From Gammaproteobacteria bacterium (GTDB lineage Bacteria > Pseudomonadota > Gammaproteobacteria > Eutrophobiales > Eutrophobiaceae): a DNA stretch of 64,000 nt. The stretch is from assembly GCA_965202685.1 (NCBI GenBank), contig OZ241853.1:27381-91380 (forward strand). Reading direction: 5' to 3'. Positions 46,686 to 55,100 of this stretch are shown here, one piece after another (within the stretch, counting starts at the first letter, position 1; each line of letters opens with the position of its first letter). The notes below the pieces were generated by a model. That model was not told where the DNA came from and did not search any database. It was given only the letters and a program-made list of their open reading frames with translations. Both the position numbers and the translations under genes were made by a program.

Positions 46686-48005
46686 TCAGGGCGCCGCCGC
46701 GCCGCCGCGGGTGGTGAAAAAATCAGAAAGAAACCCCGTGTTGCCGGCGCCGGCCGCGTTCCAGACCACCGCCACATCTATCGGCGCGCGCTGGAATGCC
46801 GCGCCTATCAAATTATTTGAAAACCAGCGCGGAGACTGATTATGACTAAGATTCCCGCTGTATGGTTCCGATGTATCAGCGTCTCCAACCACTATTTTTG
46901 CGGCCGCTCCGCCCCAAGCCGCGATGAACGCCAGCCCCCGCCGCGCCGCCGCCGTCAAATGCGGCCCCGCCACATCGCCGCTGGCTTCCCCTGGGGCAAT
47001 CAAACGAATTCGGAAGAAATTTGATGTCCGGAACTCCAGGGTGCTGAGATGCGCCGCGCCGCCGCCCACGATGAATTTGCCCGGCAGGCTCCCGCCCTCC
47101 TGTTGCACCCCCGGCGGCCAACCGGTCATAATGCGGTTTGCCCCGCCCTGGCCCACCGCTTGCAAGAAGAAGGGCAATCTGTAGCGCCAATAAACCCTGC
47201 TGGCGTCTCCCAACGCCACCTCCGGGTCGAAAATCGACCGCCCCACATTCGCCTTCACCTCCACCGGCGCCGGCGTCTCGAGCGTCAAGGTCGCCTCCCA
47301 CCGCGCCAGGCCCGCTCGCGTCCCCGCCTGGCGCAACGCCACGCCGCCATAGCCCCCCGCGATCCGCGCCCGCCACGCGCCGCCATCCGCCGACGGCAAC
47401 CAAATCCATCCCATCCGGTTGTTTTTCAGCCAATGCAAAAATTCAAACAAGCGATCATCGTCCACCACCGCCGTCAGCCGCTGGGTGCGCCACGGCGCAT
47501 CTTCCCGCGCCGCCTGCCGCGCCACGCCCGCCCCCTGCAAACCCGTGCGCTCAGCCTGCAAAGTCCCCCCCAGGGCCAGGTCGCTCTTAATCTGGGCGTA
47601 ATGCGGCCAAAAAATCAGATCGCTCTTGCGCGTTGCCCGCGGCCGCATCTCAATCTCCATCTCCGCCATCCATCGCGCCGCGCCGGCCCTCGTCCCCACC
47701 TGCTGATAGCCAACGCGTCCCGCGCCGCCGACAAACCGGCCCTGATAGTCTTGCGGGTTGCCAACGCCCGGCAAGCTCTGCGCCAAAAAGTCAAACCAGC
47801 CCGCGCCTTGCGCGGCCGCCCAGGTCCGAAACGCCTCCAGCCGCCCGTCTTTAATGAGACCCCGCAACCGCCAGGTCTCCACCACCCCGGAACTCGCCGG
47901 GGCCTGCCGCGCCGCGCCATCCTCGAACCGCGCCCTGGTCATATCTCCCGGCGCCGCCCGCATGGAAACCGAGGCGGCTTCCACCCCATCCAGCTCCGTC
48001 ATCAT
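46686..48005 (-). CDS. minor/distal tail protein with two internally repeated modules
   Basis: It is the next minus-strand gene after the tape measure, separated from it only by the plus-strand ORF 48121..48606. The repeated blocks are ...RLEAFRTWAAAQGAGWFDF...GTRAGAARWMAEMEIE and ...RLFEFLHWLKNNRMGWIWL...GTRAGLARWEATLTLE. The start is uncertain (48005, 48020 or 48092). Confidence 0.6.
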   Translation of the reverse strand: MMTELDGVEAASVSMRAAPGDMTRARFEDGAARQAPASSGVVETWRLRGLIKDGRLEAFRTWAAAQGAGWFDFLAQSLPGVGNPQDYQGRFVGGAGRVGYQQVGTRAGAARWMAEMEIEMRPRATRKSDLIFWPHYAQIKSDLALGGTLQAERTGLQGAGVARQAAREDAPWRTQRLTAVVDDDRLFEFLHWLKNNRMGWIWLPSADGGAWRARIAGGYGGVALRQAGTRAGLARWEATLTLETPAPVEVKANVGRSIFDPEVALGDASRVYWRYRLPFFLQAVGQGGANRIMTGWPPGVQQEGGSLPGKFIVGGGAAHLSTLEFRTSNFFRIRLIAPGEASGDVAGPHLTAAARRGLAFIAAWGGAAAKIVVGDADTSEPYSGNLSHNQSPRWFSNNLIGAAFQRAPIDVAVVWNAAGAGNTGFLSDFFTTRGGAAAP

Positions 48006-48120
48006 CGCCGCCGCCAACATGGTCAGAACAACCACAACAGCCACGCCGGGGCCGCCAACGCCAAAAACCCGCCCATCAGCGCCCCTTGACAACCCCCGCC
48101 CTGTGCGATGTACTCAACCC

Positions 48121-48606
48121 ATGTTGCGCCTCCTCGCCCTGTCGCTGCTCGCCCTGGCCGCGCCCCACGCCATTGCCGAGCAAGTCCCTTTCTGCCAGAT
48201 GGTCCTGAAGCGGATGGAGATGGTGGAGTCGGAGCAGGACCTGGAGCAGGTCCTGGAGCTGATGAAGTCGGCCAAGGACCGAGACCTTCACCCGGACGTA
48301 GCCGAAGCACTCCGCGGGCTGGAGGAAGCACTCCGCAAGACTGATCCCGGAACCGCCGTGCGGAGGGTAAAAGAGTGGTACAGGTACAAGAGGACGCCCA
48401 AACCGCGCTACTATGTGCCGCTCCCGCTCTCCCGGGAATTGCTGAACGGCACCGTGAACCCCTGCGACAGCGCCTACGCATCGTGTCCGCCGGAGCTGGA
48501 GAACATCTATGATAGGTTGAGCAGTGCCCGGCGCCACGACGATCAATCGAATCTCGAATACTATCAGCGCAAGCTCCGTCTTTATTATGAGTACTACCGG
48601 CCCTGA
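48121..48606 (+). CDS. secreted hypothetical protein; opposite-strand insert (moron-like) inside the tail operon
   Basis: ATG 48121 gives the signal peptide MLRLLALSLLALAAPHAIA, then a helical, charged body, 4 Cys and a Tyr-rich C-terminus YYQRKLRLYYEYYRP; 161 aa. It is the in-frame tail of track ORF 47758..48606. Confidence 0.6.
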   Translation: MLRLLALSLLALAAPHAIAEQVPFCQMVLKRMEMVESEQDLEQVLELMKSAKDRDLHPDVAEALRGLEEALRKTDPGTAVRRVKEWYRYKRTPKPRYYVPLPLSRELLNGTVNPCDSAYASCPPELENIYDRLSSARRHDDQSNLEYYQRKLRLYYEYYRP

Positions 48607-48612
48607 CGCCGC

Positions 48613-49668
48613 TCATCCCGTCCGCCTCCCCAGGCTGTAAGCCTGTTCCAACGCCTGGCTCAGCGGCCCCCGCCGCGCGATGTCATCCAACGCCACATTC
48701 ACCACCAGCCGCCCCCCGTCCGCCTCGGCCCGTTGCTCCACCACCTCCTGCTGAGTCGCCCCCCGGTTCTCCACCGTCACTTGCACCTGTTGCGGCGGCC
48801 CCCCGGCACCCTGCGCCAGGGCCAACACCGTCTCGCCGCTCGCCAGCGGGGTCAACATCTCCTGCCCCAGCCGCCGTTGCGCCGCGCCGCTGACCGCCGC
48901 GCGCAACATAGCCTGCAACGCGTCGCCGAATCCGCCGCCTTCGTTGCCAACCCGAAACTGTTGCGCCCCGCCGCTGAACACTGCGCCCAACACAGCCCGC
49001 AACGCGTCGCCGGGTCCGCCGCCTTCGTTGCCGACCTGAAACTGTTGCAACTGTTGCAACTGCGCATCCGCCCCGCATGAACAATCCCTGATGCGATCCA
49101 ACAGCTCCGACTGCGTCTGCAATTCAGTCAATAGCTTCGCGCATTCACCAACAACTTCCTTCACCCGGGTTTCCGTATCTATCTGCGCCTGGACATTCTC
49201 CCCGCAGGTCTTGTCCAACTCCTTCAACTCCGTCACCACATCAGCAGGCCCGCCCGGCGCCGGCAGCCCCAAGCGCCCCCGCAACGCCATCCCCAGTTTG
49301 TGCGCTATAGGGCCGGTCACCCCGATCTGAATCACCGCCCGCGCCGTGTCCGCCGCCAGGTCACTCAAAAATTGCTTGAGAGAAAACTTGCCCTTGGTGA
49401 TCAACCGCACCAGCTGATTTTCAATGTTCTTGAATGCCCGTTTGAACGCCTCTTCCACATGTTGAGCCGCATTGGTCGCCTCGCTGGCATACTTTTCCAG
49501 TCCGCGCAACAAGCCGTGAACCCCCTCCCGTGAATTCTCCGAGGTCACCACGCTCTGTTGCCGCGCCTCCGCCGCATTCTCCGCGTTGGCGGCAACCTTG
49601 TCGATGTCGACCTTGCGCGACTTGCCGTCGACGGTGAGCTCGAGGTTGATTTTCAGATTGTCAGGCAT
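48613..49668 (-). CDS. tail tape measure protein (short, 351 aa)
   Basis: It follows the G/GT chaperone pair. The N-terminus is helical (NAAQHVEEAFKRAFKNIENQLVRLI) and there is an internal 28-aa duplication. Confidence 0.7.
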   Translation of the reverse strand: MPDNLKINLELTVDGKSRKVDIDKVAANAENAAEARQQSVVTSENSREGVHGLLRGLEKYASEATNAAQHVEEAFKRAFKNIENQLVRLITKGKFSLKQFLSDLAADTARAVIQIGVTGPIAHKLGMALRGRLGLPAPGGPADVVTELKELDKTCGENVQAQIDTETRVKEVVGECAKLLTELQTQSELLDRIRDCSCGADAQLQQLQQFQVGNEGGGPGDALRAVLGAVFSGGAQQFRVGNEGGGFGDALQAMLRAAVSGAAQRRLGQEMLTPLASGETVLALAQGAGGPPQQVQVTVENRGATQQEVVEQRAEADGGRLVVNVALDDIARRGPLSQALEQAYSLGRRTG

Positions 49669-49933
49669 CAGACGAATTAACCAGCCGCCGCGCTTCCGCT
49701 TCCATGAAGCGCAACTTGTCGAACAGCTCGGGGGAACGCTCCAACGCCATGAACCGCGCCGCCGCCCACGCGCCCGCGTAATCCAGCCCCAACAAATGCC
49801 CGCTCATGGCCGCGAACCGCCACTGGGTGCCGCACGCCAAAAACAGCCGCGCCGCATCCGCGTTCTCCGGAAAAACATGGATCTCGCCGCCGCGCCCACT
49901 GACCCAGGCGCGGACGACACTCAGGAGTTTCCC
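49661..49933 (-). CDS. -1 frameshift extension of the tail chaperone (gpGT analogue)
   Basis: The slippery site G_GGA_AAC (49933-49927) lies in the zero frame. The -1 frame is open for 90 codons (GKLLSVVRAWVSGRGGEIHVFPENADAARLFLACGTQWRFAAMSGHLLGLDYAGAWAAARFMALERSPELFDKLRFMEAEARRLVNSSDA) and stops at 49663-49661, overlapping the tape-measure ATG. Confidence 0.75.
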   Translation of the reverse strand, partial: GKLLSVVRAWVSGRGGEIHVFPENADAARLFLACGTQWRFAAMSGHLLGLDYAGAWAAARFMALERSPELFDKLRFMEAEARRLVNSSDA

Positions 49934-50262
49934 GAGTTGCGCCCCGCAACCGCATCAAAGTAGGCCTCATAGAGGCCGGCCTTCACATACGCGAAGTCCA
50001 GCACGGCTTTCACAAACTGCGGCTCGAACGGAAGCGGCTTCCCGCCCTTGTCCTCGATGCCGGACCAGCCCGTCAACACTTCCTGGAGCAAGGCGCCATT
50101 GTCCCCGTCTCCCTCCGTCAGCGCCAAGAGTTTTGACTGCGGCAAGTCCAAAAACTTCGCCGTGAACTGTTGCCGTCCCACCCCCGGCACTTGCACCGAG
50201 ACGGTGGTTTCAAACTCCCGCCGGGCGTCCTTGCCCAAGAACACAAACTTCGGTCCGCTCAT
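49921..50262 (-). CDS. tail assembly chaperone (lambda gpG analogue)
   Basis: ATG 50262 gives MSGPKFVFLGKDARREFETTVSV... It ends at TGA 49923-49921, directly after the slippery heptamer. Confidence 0.75.
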   Translation of the reverse strand: MSGPKFVFLGKDARREFETTVSVQVPGVGRQQFTAKFLDLPQSKLLALTEGDGDNGALLQEVLTGWSGIEDKGGKPLPFEPQFVKAVLDFAYVKAGLYEAYFDAVAGRNSGNS

Positions 50263-50263
50263 T

Positions 50264-51115
50264 CTAAGAGGCAGGTTGCTGGTTGATGTAAAGCGGCGAC
50301 AAGGCGCCATCCGCCGGTTGCAGGATCTCCACATTCAGCGTCATCGCCTGCGCCGCGGTCCGATCCTTCAGTGCCATGTCGCCCCCCGGCCGAATGATCG
50401 CCACCGGCGCGTAGTAGTTGTTGCCGCGCCCTTGCGCCGAAACCTCCATATACCGGAAGGCCGCCTTCACCTGCTTGCGCGCGCTGGCGGCAACGGTCTT
50501 CAGCGTCTGCGCCACCGGCGTGTAATTCACATGGACCCTGCCGGCCGCGATGCGCTTCCCAGGCTCGATGTAAAATCGCCCGGCCTTGTCGTCCAAGGTG
50601 TAATCTCCCACCGCGTTCACCCGGCCGTCGGTGTGAAAACTCGTGGGGGTGTAAGTTGTGCCGCCGCTGGCGGCGCTGTGGACGCCGAAGTCGGCGCCCT
50701 TCTTCACCGATCCCACGCCGGCGGGCTTGCTGCCGCTGACCCCCAGCTGATACCAGTGGCCTGGCTTCACTTCCATTATGGCATCAGCATGGTTCCGGAG
50801 CACCGCGTCCGCCGCGTCCGTTTGCTCGCCTTCATCCCCCAGAACAAACAGCGCCAGGTTCTCCGGCGACAGATCCTGCAAGTTCACTTCGAAGGAGCGC
50901 GCAATGCTCGACACCACGCGGGCCAGCGTCCGCGGCGTCGCGCCATCGCCGGCGACCACCGTGGTCTCCTCGGTCTCAATCCGCAACACGCCGCTGGTGG
51001 TGTCCCCCAGGTAACGCTCGCCCTCGGTCTTCTCATTCGCCGCCAGAACATCGATAAAACATTCCCCGGCCCCGATCACAGTGTTGTTCGTGTGTCTGTT
51101 TCGCGCTTGGCTCAT
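50264..51115 (-). CDS. major tail (tube) protein
   Basis: 283 aa, immediately upstream of the chaperone pair. No sheath-sized gene is present, so the tail is non-contractile. Confidence 0.65.
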   Translation of the reverse strand: MSQARNRHTNNTVIGAGECFIDVLAANEKTEGERYLGDTTSGVLRIETEETTVVAGDGATPRTLARVVSSIARSFEVNLQDLSPENLALFVLGDEGEQTDAADAVLRNHADAIMEVKPGHWYQLGVSGSKPAGVGSVKKGADFGVHSAASGGTTYTPTSFHTDGRVNAVGDYTLDDKAGRFYIEPGKRIAAGRVHVNYTPVAQTLKTVAASARKQVKAAFRYMEVSAQGRGNNYYAPVAIIRPGGDMALKDRTAAQAMTLNVEILQPADGALSPLYINQQPAS

Positions 51116-51136
51116 GGTCTCACCTCTTTCAAAAAA

Positions 51137-51664
51137 TCAAACTGTTGCAGCCGGTTGAGTGATCCAACCAGCCATCTCATAATCGTCCGCCCACACCTGG
51201 GCCTCTTCCGTGAAGTTCAACAACCGGCCGCGCCGGTATTCCACGCGCTCCGTCGCCCCTGGCGGCACCCAACCCAACAACGCCTCCCGCACCCGTCCAT
51301 GCAAAGTTTCAACCTCTTCCACGCCGGCCTCGCCGCGCCGGTCCTGGCGATTGGCGACCGCCAACGCCACCGTCACGCCGACCACGCAACGCTGCCGCAC
51401 CGCGCCCGCCTGGATGTTGCCATCCGCGTCTTCCGCCGCGTACAGCACATACACGCTGTCCTTTTTAATCGTCTCAAGATCCGCCAACGCCTGCGCCAAC
51501 GCCGCCGCGCCCTTCACCTCCACCGCGCCGCCGCCATCAGCCGCCAACTCCGTTTTCAGGCGCTCCACCCAATGCGCGATCACGCCGCTATCCCCCGCGC
51601 CACCAGCGCGCGTTTGCCAGTCTTGAAAATCGCTATGCGCTTCATGCGCTAAAGGTATAAACAA
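51137..51664 (-). CDS. tail terminator / tail completion-like protein (first gene of the tail operon)
   Basis: 148-175 aa depending on the start: TTG 51664, or GTG 51583 preceded by GGGGGA. The assignment is by position upstream of the tube gene. Confidence 0.5.
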   Translation of the reverse strand: MFIPLAHEAHSDFQDWQTRAGGAGDSGVIAHWVERLKTELAADGGGAVEVKGAAALAQALADLETIKKDSVYVLYAAEDADGNIQAGAVRQRCVVGVTVALAVANRQDRRGEAGVEEVETLHGRVREALLGWVPPGATERVEYRRGRLLNFTEEAQVWADDYEMAGWITQPAATV

Positions 51665-51668
51665 AGAT

Positions 51669-51707
51669 TTGTGACATCGGAAGGGGGGTCATGTCACTAT
51701 TTTTTCG
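51669..51707 (-). promoter_or_regulatory. late-promoter-like dyad element (copy 2) upstream of the tail operon
   Basis: The reverse complement cgaaaaaatagtgacatgaccccccttccgatgtcacaa matches 58462-58500 at 33/39 positions. GTGACA-N15-TGTCAC is followed after 10 nt by TTATAC. Confidence 0.6.
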
Positions 51708-51926
51708 CCGCCTTTTCCGGCATGGCCGCTGGCGCGCGCCAACAAGAGGGGAACAAACGATGATTGAAAAATCCCGGCGGCCCTGGCGCCGCCTGGAAAA
51801 CCGCATGGCAAGCCGCGATGCCGCGGCCGCTTTCAAACCCTTTTTCTTAAACCGTTTCTCAGCTTGATCTAAAAATTCTTGCCACTTCTCAATATGCAAT
51901 TGCGCCCATAAAAAAATCAATCCCGC

Positions 51927-52430
51927 TTAGCGTTCTCTCGAGCCGGCAGAACCTCCCAGCCCAACCCTGAGACGACCCGGCTCAGGGGCGTCTTCCGTCT
52001 GGAACAGCTTGGGCCAGCGCCCCTTAATCTCCTCGATGAAGTGTCGCCGCCCATATTCATTGTTCTGCTCATAATGCTCAGCAAGCGTCGCCAGCGCCTC
52101 CGCAATCCGCCGGTCGCGCCCCAATTCCAGATCCAGCGCGGCCCCCTCCTCCCCCTCCTCAAAAGTGTAAAAACCAAGGAGTGTTTTTACACTTTTTGCC
52201 GACTCGCCCGGGCCCGCCTCCCCACCCTCAATAGGTGTTATATGAATTTCGTAGCCTAACACTTCCAGCAATCGGAAAACGCTATCAAAAGCAGGTTTTA
52301 CGCCTTGTTTTATGTCTCTGACAAAATCTTCCCGCTCGCCGCACTTCAATGAAATTTGTCTATCTGACTGGCCGGATTCCGCGATCAATCGTTTCAAATC
52401 TGTTGCGTCCATGTATGGGACTTTTACCAT
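51927..52430 (-). CDS. XRE-type HTH repressor (Mu c / CI analogue)
   Basis: 167 aa: DLKRLIAESGQSDRQISLKCGEREDFVRDIKQG is an HTH. It is divergent from the early operon. Confidence 0.75.
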   Translation of the reverse strand: MVKVPYMDATDLKRLIAESGQSDRQISLKCGEREDFVRDIKQGVKPAFDSVFRLLEVLGYEIHITPIEGGEAGPGESAKSVKTLLGFYTFEEGEEGAALDLELGRDRRIAEALATLAEHYEQNNEYGRRHFIEEIKGRWPKLFQTEDAPEPGRLRVGLGGSAGSRER

Positions 52431-52479
52431 AAATCGGAAATTATTGACAAATAACCGCTCCTTTGTATGTGAAAAAACC

Positions 52480-52507
52480 TTGACTTATGGGTTTTTTCCC
52501 ATAGAAT
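52480..52507 (+). promoter_or_regulatory. candidate early promoter (Pe)
   Basis: TTGACT (52480-85), a 16-nt spacer, then TAGAAT (52502-07), 6 nt before ATG 52514. It lies in the divergent repressor/early intergenic region. Confidence 0.4.
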
Positions 52508-52513
52508 GCCCCT

Positions 52514-53029
52514 ATGGATTGCGTAAATATCACAAACCTTATAGATCGCCTGGCTCAGTTCGCCTCCCTGTCCCCGTCGTACATCAGCGTCAAATGCAGC
52601 GGCGACAGCAAATTTTACAAACGACTGAAAGCAGGCGGCGATGTGCGATTGTCCACCTTCAACCGCATCGTCCAATGGTTCTCCGACAACTGGCCCGCCG
52701 ACCTCTTCTGGCCGGCGGACCTCCCCCGCCCGGCCCCGTCCCCGGACAGCCCGGCGGCCCAGGCCCGCGCCGCCGACCCCGCCAACGACCTGAACGCGGA
52801 TGGCGAGATCGCCAACCTTGCCGCCTGGTGCCGCCGCAACGCCTACGAGCCCAACGACGCCCGCTCTGTCATCCGCCGCTACGGCGCCGGCGGCCCCCGG
52901 GAGGGCCGCTATCCCCGCCGCGGCTCCGCCGCGCAATTCGTCCTGGAGCAACTAATCAAAACCGGAGACCGCCGCTTTGCCACCTATCACCGCTATGACC
53001 GCATCGCAAACTCGGCGGGCCTGCGCTGA
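52514..53029 (+). CDS. early protein in the Ner/Cro position, putative DNA-binding N-terminus
   Basis: 171 aa: ITNLIDRLAQFASLSPSYISVKCSGDSKFYKRLKAGGDVRLSTFNRIVQWF is HTH-like. It is the first gene of the rightward operon. Confidence 0.5.
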   Translation: MDCVNITNLIDRLAQFASLSPSYISVKCSGDSKFYKRLKAGGDVRLSTFNRIVQWFSDNWPADLFWPADLPRPAPSPDSPAAQARAADPANDLNADGEIANLAAWCRRNAYEPNDARSVIRRYGAGGPREGRYPRRGSAAQFVLEQLIKTGDRRFATYHRYDRIANSAGLR

Positions 53030-53172
53030 GTCGCAAATCTCGCCGGGCGCCATAGTCCCGGCGCGATCATCGTGGCGGTTGCCCGCTTCCACGATGGCCG
53101 GCGGCCACCCCACTCCTCATGGTCGCCGGCGCCTTTTTCCCACCCCCCGCATCATCCATCTCGGAGAAAACC

Positions 53173-53715
53173 ATGAACGAAGAGAACGACTCCTTGCGCC
53201 TGGACAAAATAGAAGACCAGGCCCGCGAATACGCGGCGGCGAACGCCGCCACCCTGCGCCTGGCGGACGACCTGAAGGCCGCCATCGCCGCCGTCTGCGC
53301 TAAACAGGTCGGCAAGATCAAGACGGCGGCCCAGGCCGCCGCCGTTGAAAGAGAAACATTGATGTCGTTGCTGGCGGACGCCGCCGACCTGTTCGCATCG
53401 CCGCGCCGCTCGCTGACCGTGGATGGCGTGCGGGTGGGCTGGAAGAAAGAGCGCGGCAAGGTGGTCATCACCGACGAGGCCGCCGTCGTCCAGCGCATCC
53501 GCGAGCGCCTGCCGGAAGACCAGGCCGAGTTGCTCATCCGCCGCACTGAGCGAGTCCACAAGCCTGGCGTCTATGACCTGAGCGCCGGCGACCTGAAGCG
53601 GTTGGGCATCCAGATCGAAGCCGACGCGGACGCGCCCTTCATCAAAGACATCGAAGTCCCCATTGACAAGTTGATCGCCGGACTCATGGACGAGTACGCG
53701 GAACAGAGCCAATGA
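53173..53715 (+). CDS. gam: host-nuclease inhibitor Gam-like protein
   Basis: ATG 53173 is preceded by GGAGAA. An N-terminal coiled coil is followed by TVDGVRVGWKKERGKVVITDEAAVVQRIRERL...IRRTERVHKPGV...GIQIEADADAPFI. This parallels the Mu Gam layout (LVTGDVSWRVRPPSVSIRG...RFIRTKQEINKEAI). Confidence 0.7.
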   Translation: MNEENDSLRLDKIEDQAREYAAANAATLRLADDLKAAIAAVCAKQVGKIKTAAQAAAVERETLMSLLADAADLFASPRRSLTVDGVRVGWKKERGKVVITDEAAVVQRIRERLPEDQAELLIRRTERVHKPGVYDLSAGDLKRLGIQIEADADAPFIKDIEVPIDKLIAGLMDEYAEQSQ

Positions 53716-54014
53716 GCAAGGAAAGCTACGAAAACAAAAGCCAGCGCCACCTGATGGTGGTGGTGGAGGCCCTGGCGGCGACCCCGCTGGCGCCGCAAAC
53801 CACGGAGGAAATTCATCGCCAGATAAATGGCCCCGTGTCAAAAGACCAGGTCTGGCGCGCCTTGCAGAACCTGGAGTCCCAGGGCTGGGCCGAGAAGCGC
53901 GGCGGCGGCTGGGCGTTAAGTCCCCGCCTGACGCGCCTGTCGGAGCGTTTGCGCATCGACATCGCCCAGGCCCATCGCGCGTACTTGGCCCCGCCGGAGC
54001 TGACTGCGCCATGA
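53712..54014 (+). CDS. small winged-helix DNA-binding protein
   Basis: 100 aa: LMVVVEALAATPLAPQTTEEIHRQINGPVSKDQVWRALQNLESQGWAEKRGGGWALSPRL. Confidence 0.55.
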   Translation: MSKESYENKSQRHLMVVVEALAATPLAPQTTEEIHRQINGPVSKDQVWRALQNLESQGWAEKRGGGWALSPRLTRLSERLRIDIAQAHRAYLAPPELTAP

Positions 54015-54036
54015 ATGACGCCCTCCCCGCCGCGCC

Positions 54037-54867
54037 ATGACCCCGGCGCACTGGGCCGTCCCCGCGCTAAACGCTTCCGACCTGGCGGAGCGCATCAATG
54101 GTTTGCGCGCCGCCACTTGGCAAATCGCGCGGCAATCCGAGGCCCAGATCATGGAGATGCTGTGGGAGTTGCGGCACAAACACTTCACGGGGGAGGACGC
54201 CGCGCCCACCGATTCACGCTCGCCGGACCAACGCTTTCAGGCCTTCGTTGAGGCCCGCATTCCCTGGCTGCCGCCGGCGGACGCGCAACGCATGGTGGAC
54301 ACTTGGGACGCCGCCCGCAAGGATCGCAGTTTGCTGGAATTCGCCCGCGCCAAGCCCGGCGAGGCCATGCGCTTTTTCCCCGTGTTGGCCGCTGGCGGGG
54401 CGGACGCCTTCCCCGGCGACAAGGATGTGGCGGAGATCCTGGCCATGCCCCCCCGCAAGCGCAACAAGAAGTTGCGGGAACTGATCGACGCCGCGGACAG
54501 CGACGGCAAACGCCGGCCTGAAGATGAGGAGCTCATCAAATCCCTGCGGGCGGAGCGGGATGAGTTGGCGGCGGCCCGCCGGGCCGGGCAAGACCGAGAC
54601 GCCTGCTTCAACGCCCTGACCAAATACCTGGACAAGCTCAACGCGCTGGCGGCGGACTTCAGGATAAAAGCCACCCTCGAGACCAGCGAGTTTCTCGCAG
54701 CGTACGGTCCCGGCCTGAAAAAACACTGCCCCAAAATCATAAAGAGCCGCATCGACGACATTCGCGGCACGGTCAGCGCCACCCAGGCGGACGCCGAGCA
54801 TTTGCTGGAGCAGTGGCTCCACTTCGACTTGTGGGACAAACAAGACGCGGATGGCGGGAGCGACTGA
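54037..54867 (+). CDS. phage early protein, unknown function
   Basis: 276 aa with normal amino-acid composition. It is tightly packed in the early operon. Confidence 0.55.
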   Translation: MTPAHWAVPALNASDLAERINGLRAATWQIARQSEAQIMEMLWELRHKHFTGEDAAPTDSRSPDQRFQAFVEARIPWLPPADAQRMVDTWDAARKDRSLLEFARAKPGEAMRFFPVLAAGGADAFPGDKDVAEILAMPPRKRNKKLRELIDAADSDGKRRPEDEELIKSLRAERDELAAARRAGQDRDACFNALTKYLDKLNALAADFRIKATLETSEFLAAYGPGLKKHCPKIIKSRIDDIRGTVSATQADAEHLLEQWLHFDLWDKQDADGGSD

Positions 54868-54868
54868 G

Positions 54869-55093
54869 ATGCGCGCCGCGAAACTCGAGGTCTCCGCCCG
54901 CCTGCAGCGCGTCGCGAACCTGTTGGGAGACGGGGAGGAGCATTCCACCCGCGAGATCGTTCACAAATGCAATGTGTGCGCGGTCAATTCCGCCGTGTCC
55001 GAGTTGCGGGCCAATGGCCTGAACATCGTTTGCCGGCAACGCCCCAGCAGAAACGGCAGCCACCACTTCACCTATCAGTTGCTGGAGGACTGA
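54869..55093 (+). CDS. small wHTH protein preceding the transposase
   Basis: ATG 54869, 2 nt after the upstream stop: MRAAKLEVSARLQRVANLLGDGEEHSTREIVHKCNVCAVNSAVSELRANGLNIVC. Confidence 0.55.
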   Translation: MRAAKLEVSARLQRVANLLGDGEEHSTREIVHKCNVCAVNSAVSELRANGLNIVCRQRPSRNGSHHFTYQLLED

Positions 55094-55100
55094 CCCGCCC

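Noticed and set aside
49677-49970. 97-aa track ORF between the tail chaperone and the tape measure
   Set aside because: The translation is Arg/Gly-rich. The other frame, reached by -1 slippage at GGGAAAC, gives a protein-like sequence and the canonical G/GT arrangement.
42903-51652. Several long plus-strand ORFs across the tail module (e.g. 42903..43892, 45220..46176, 47049..48089, 50048..51652)
   Set aside because: All are antisense to tightly packed minus-strand phage genes with sensible protein composition. Their own translations are low-complexity and Arg/Pro-rich. Only the 48121..48606 part of 47758..48606 looks like a real protein.
51642-51920. 92-aa minus-strand ORF between the repressor and the tail operon
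   Set aside because: Only the first ~35 aa look protein-like. The remainder is Arg-rich and runs through the dyad promoter motif into the tail gene. It is at best a gene remnant at the presumed rearrangement breakpoint, and I could not find Mu-end-like iterons there.
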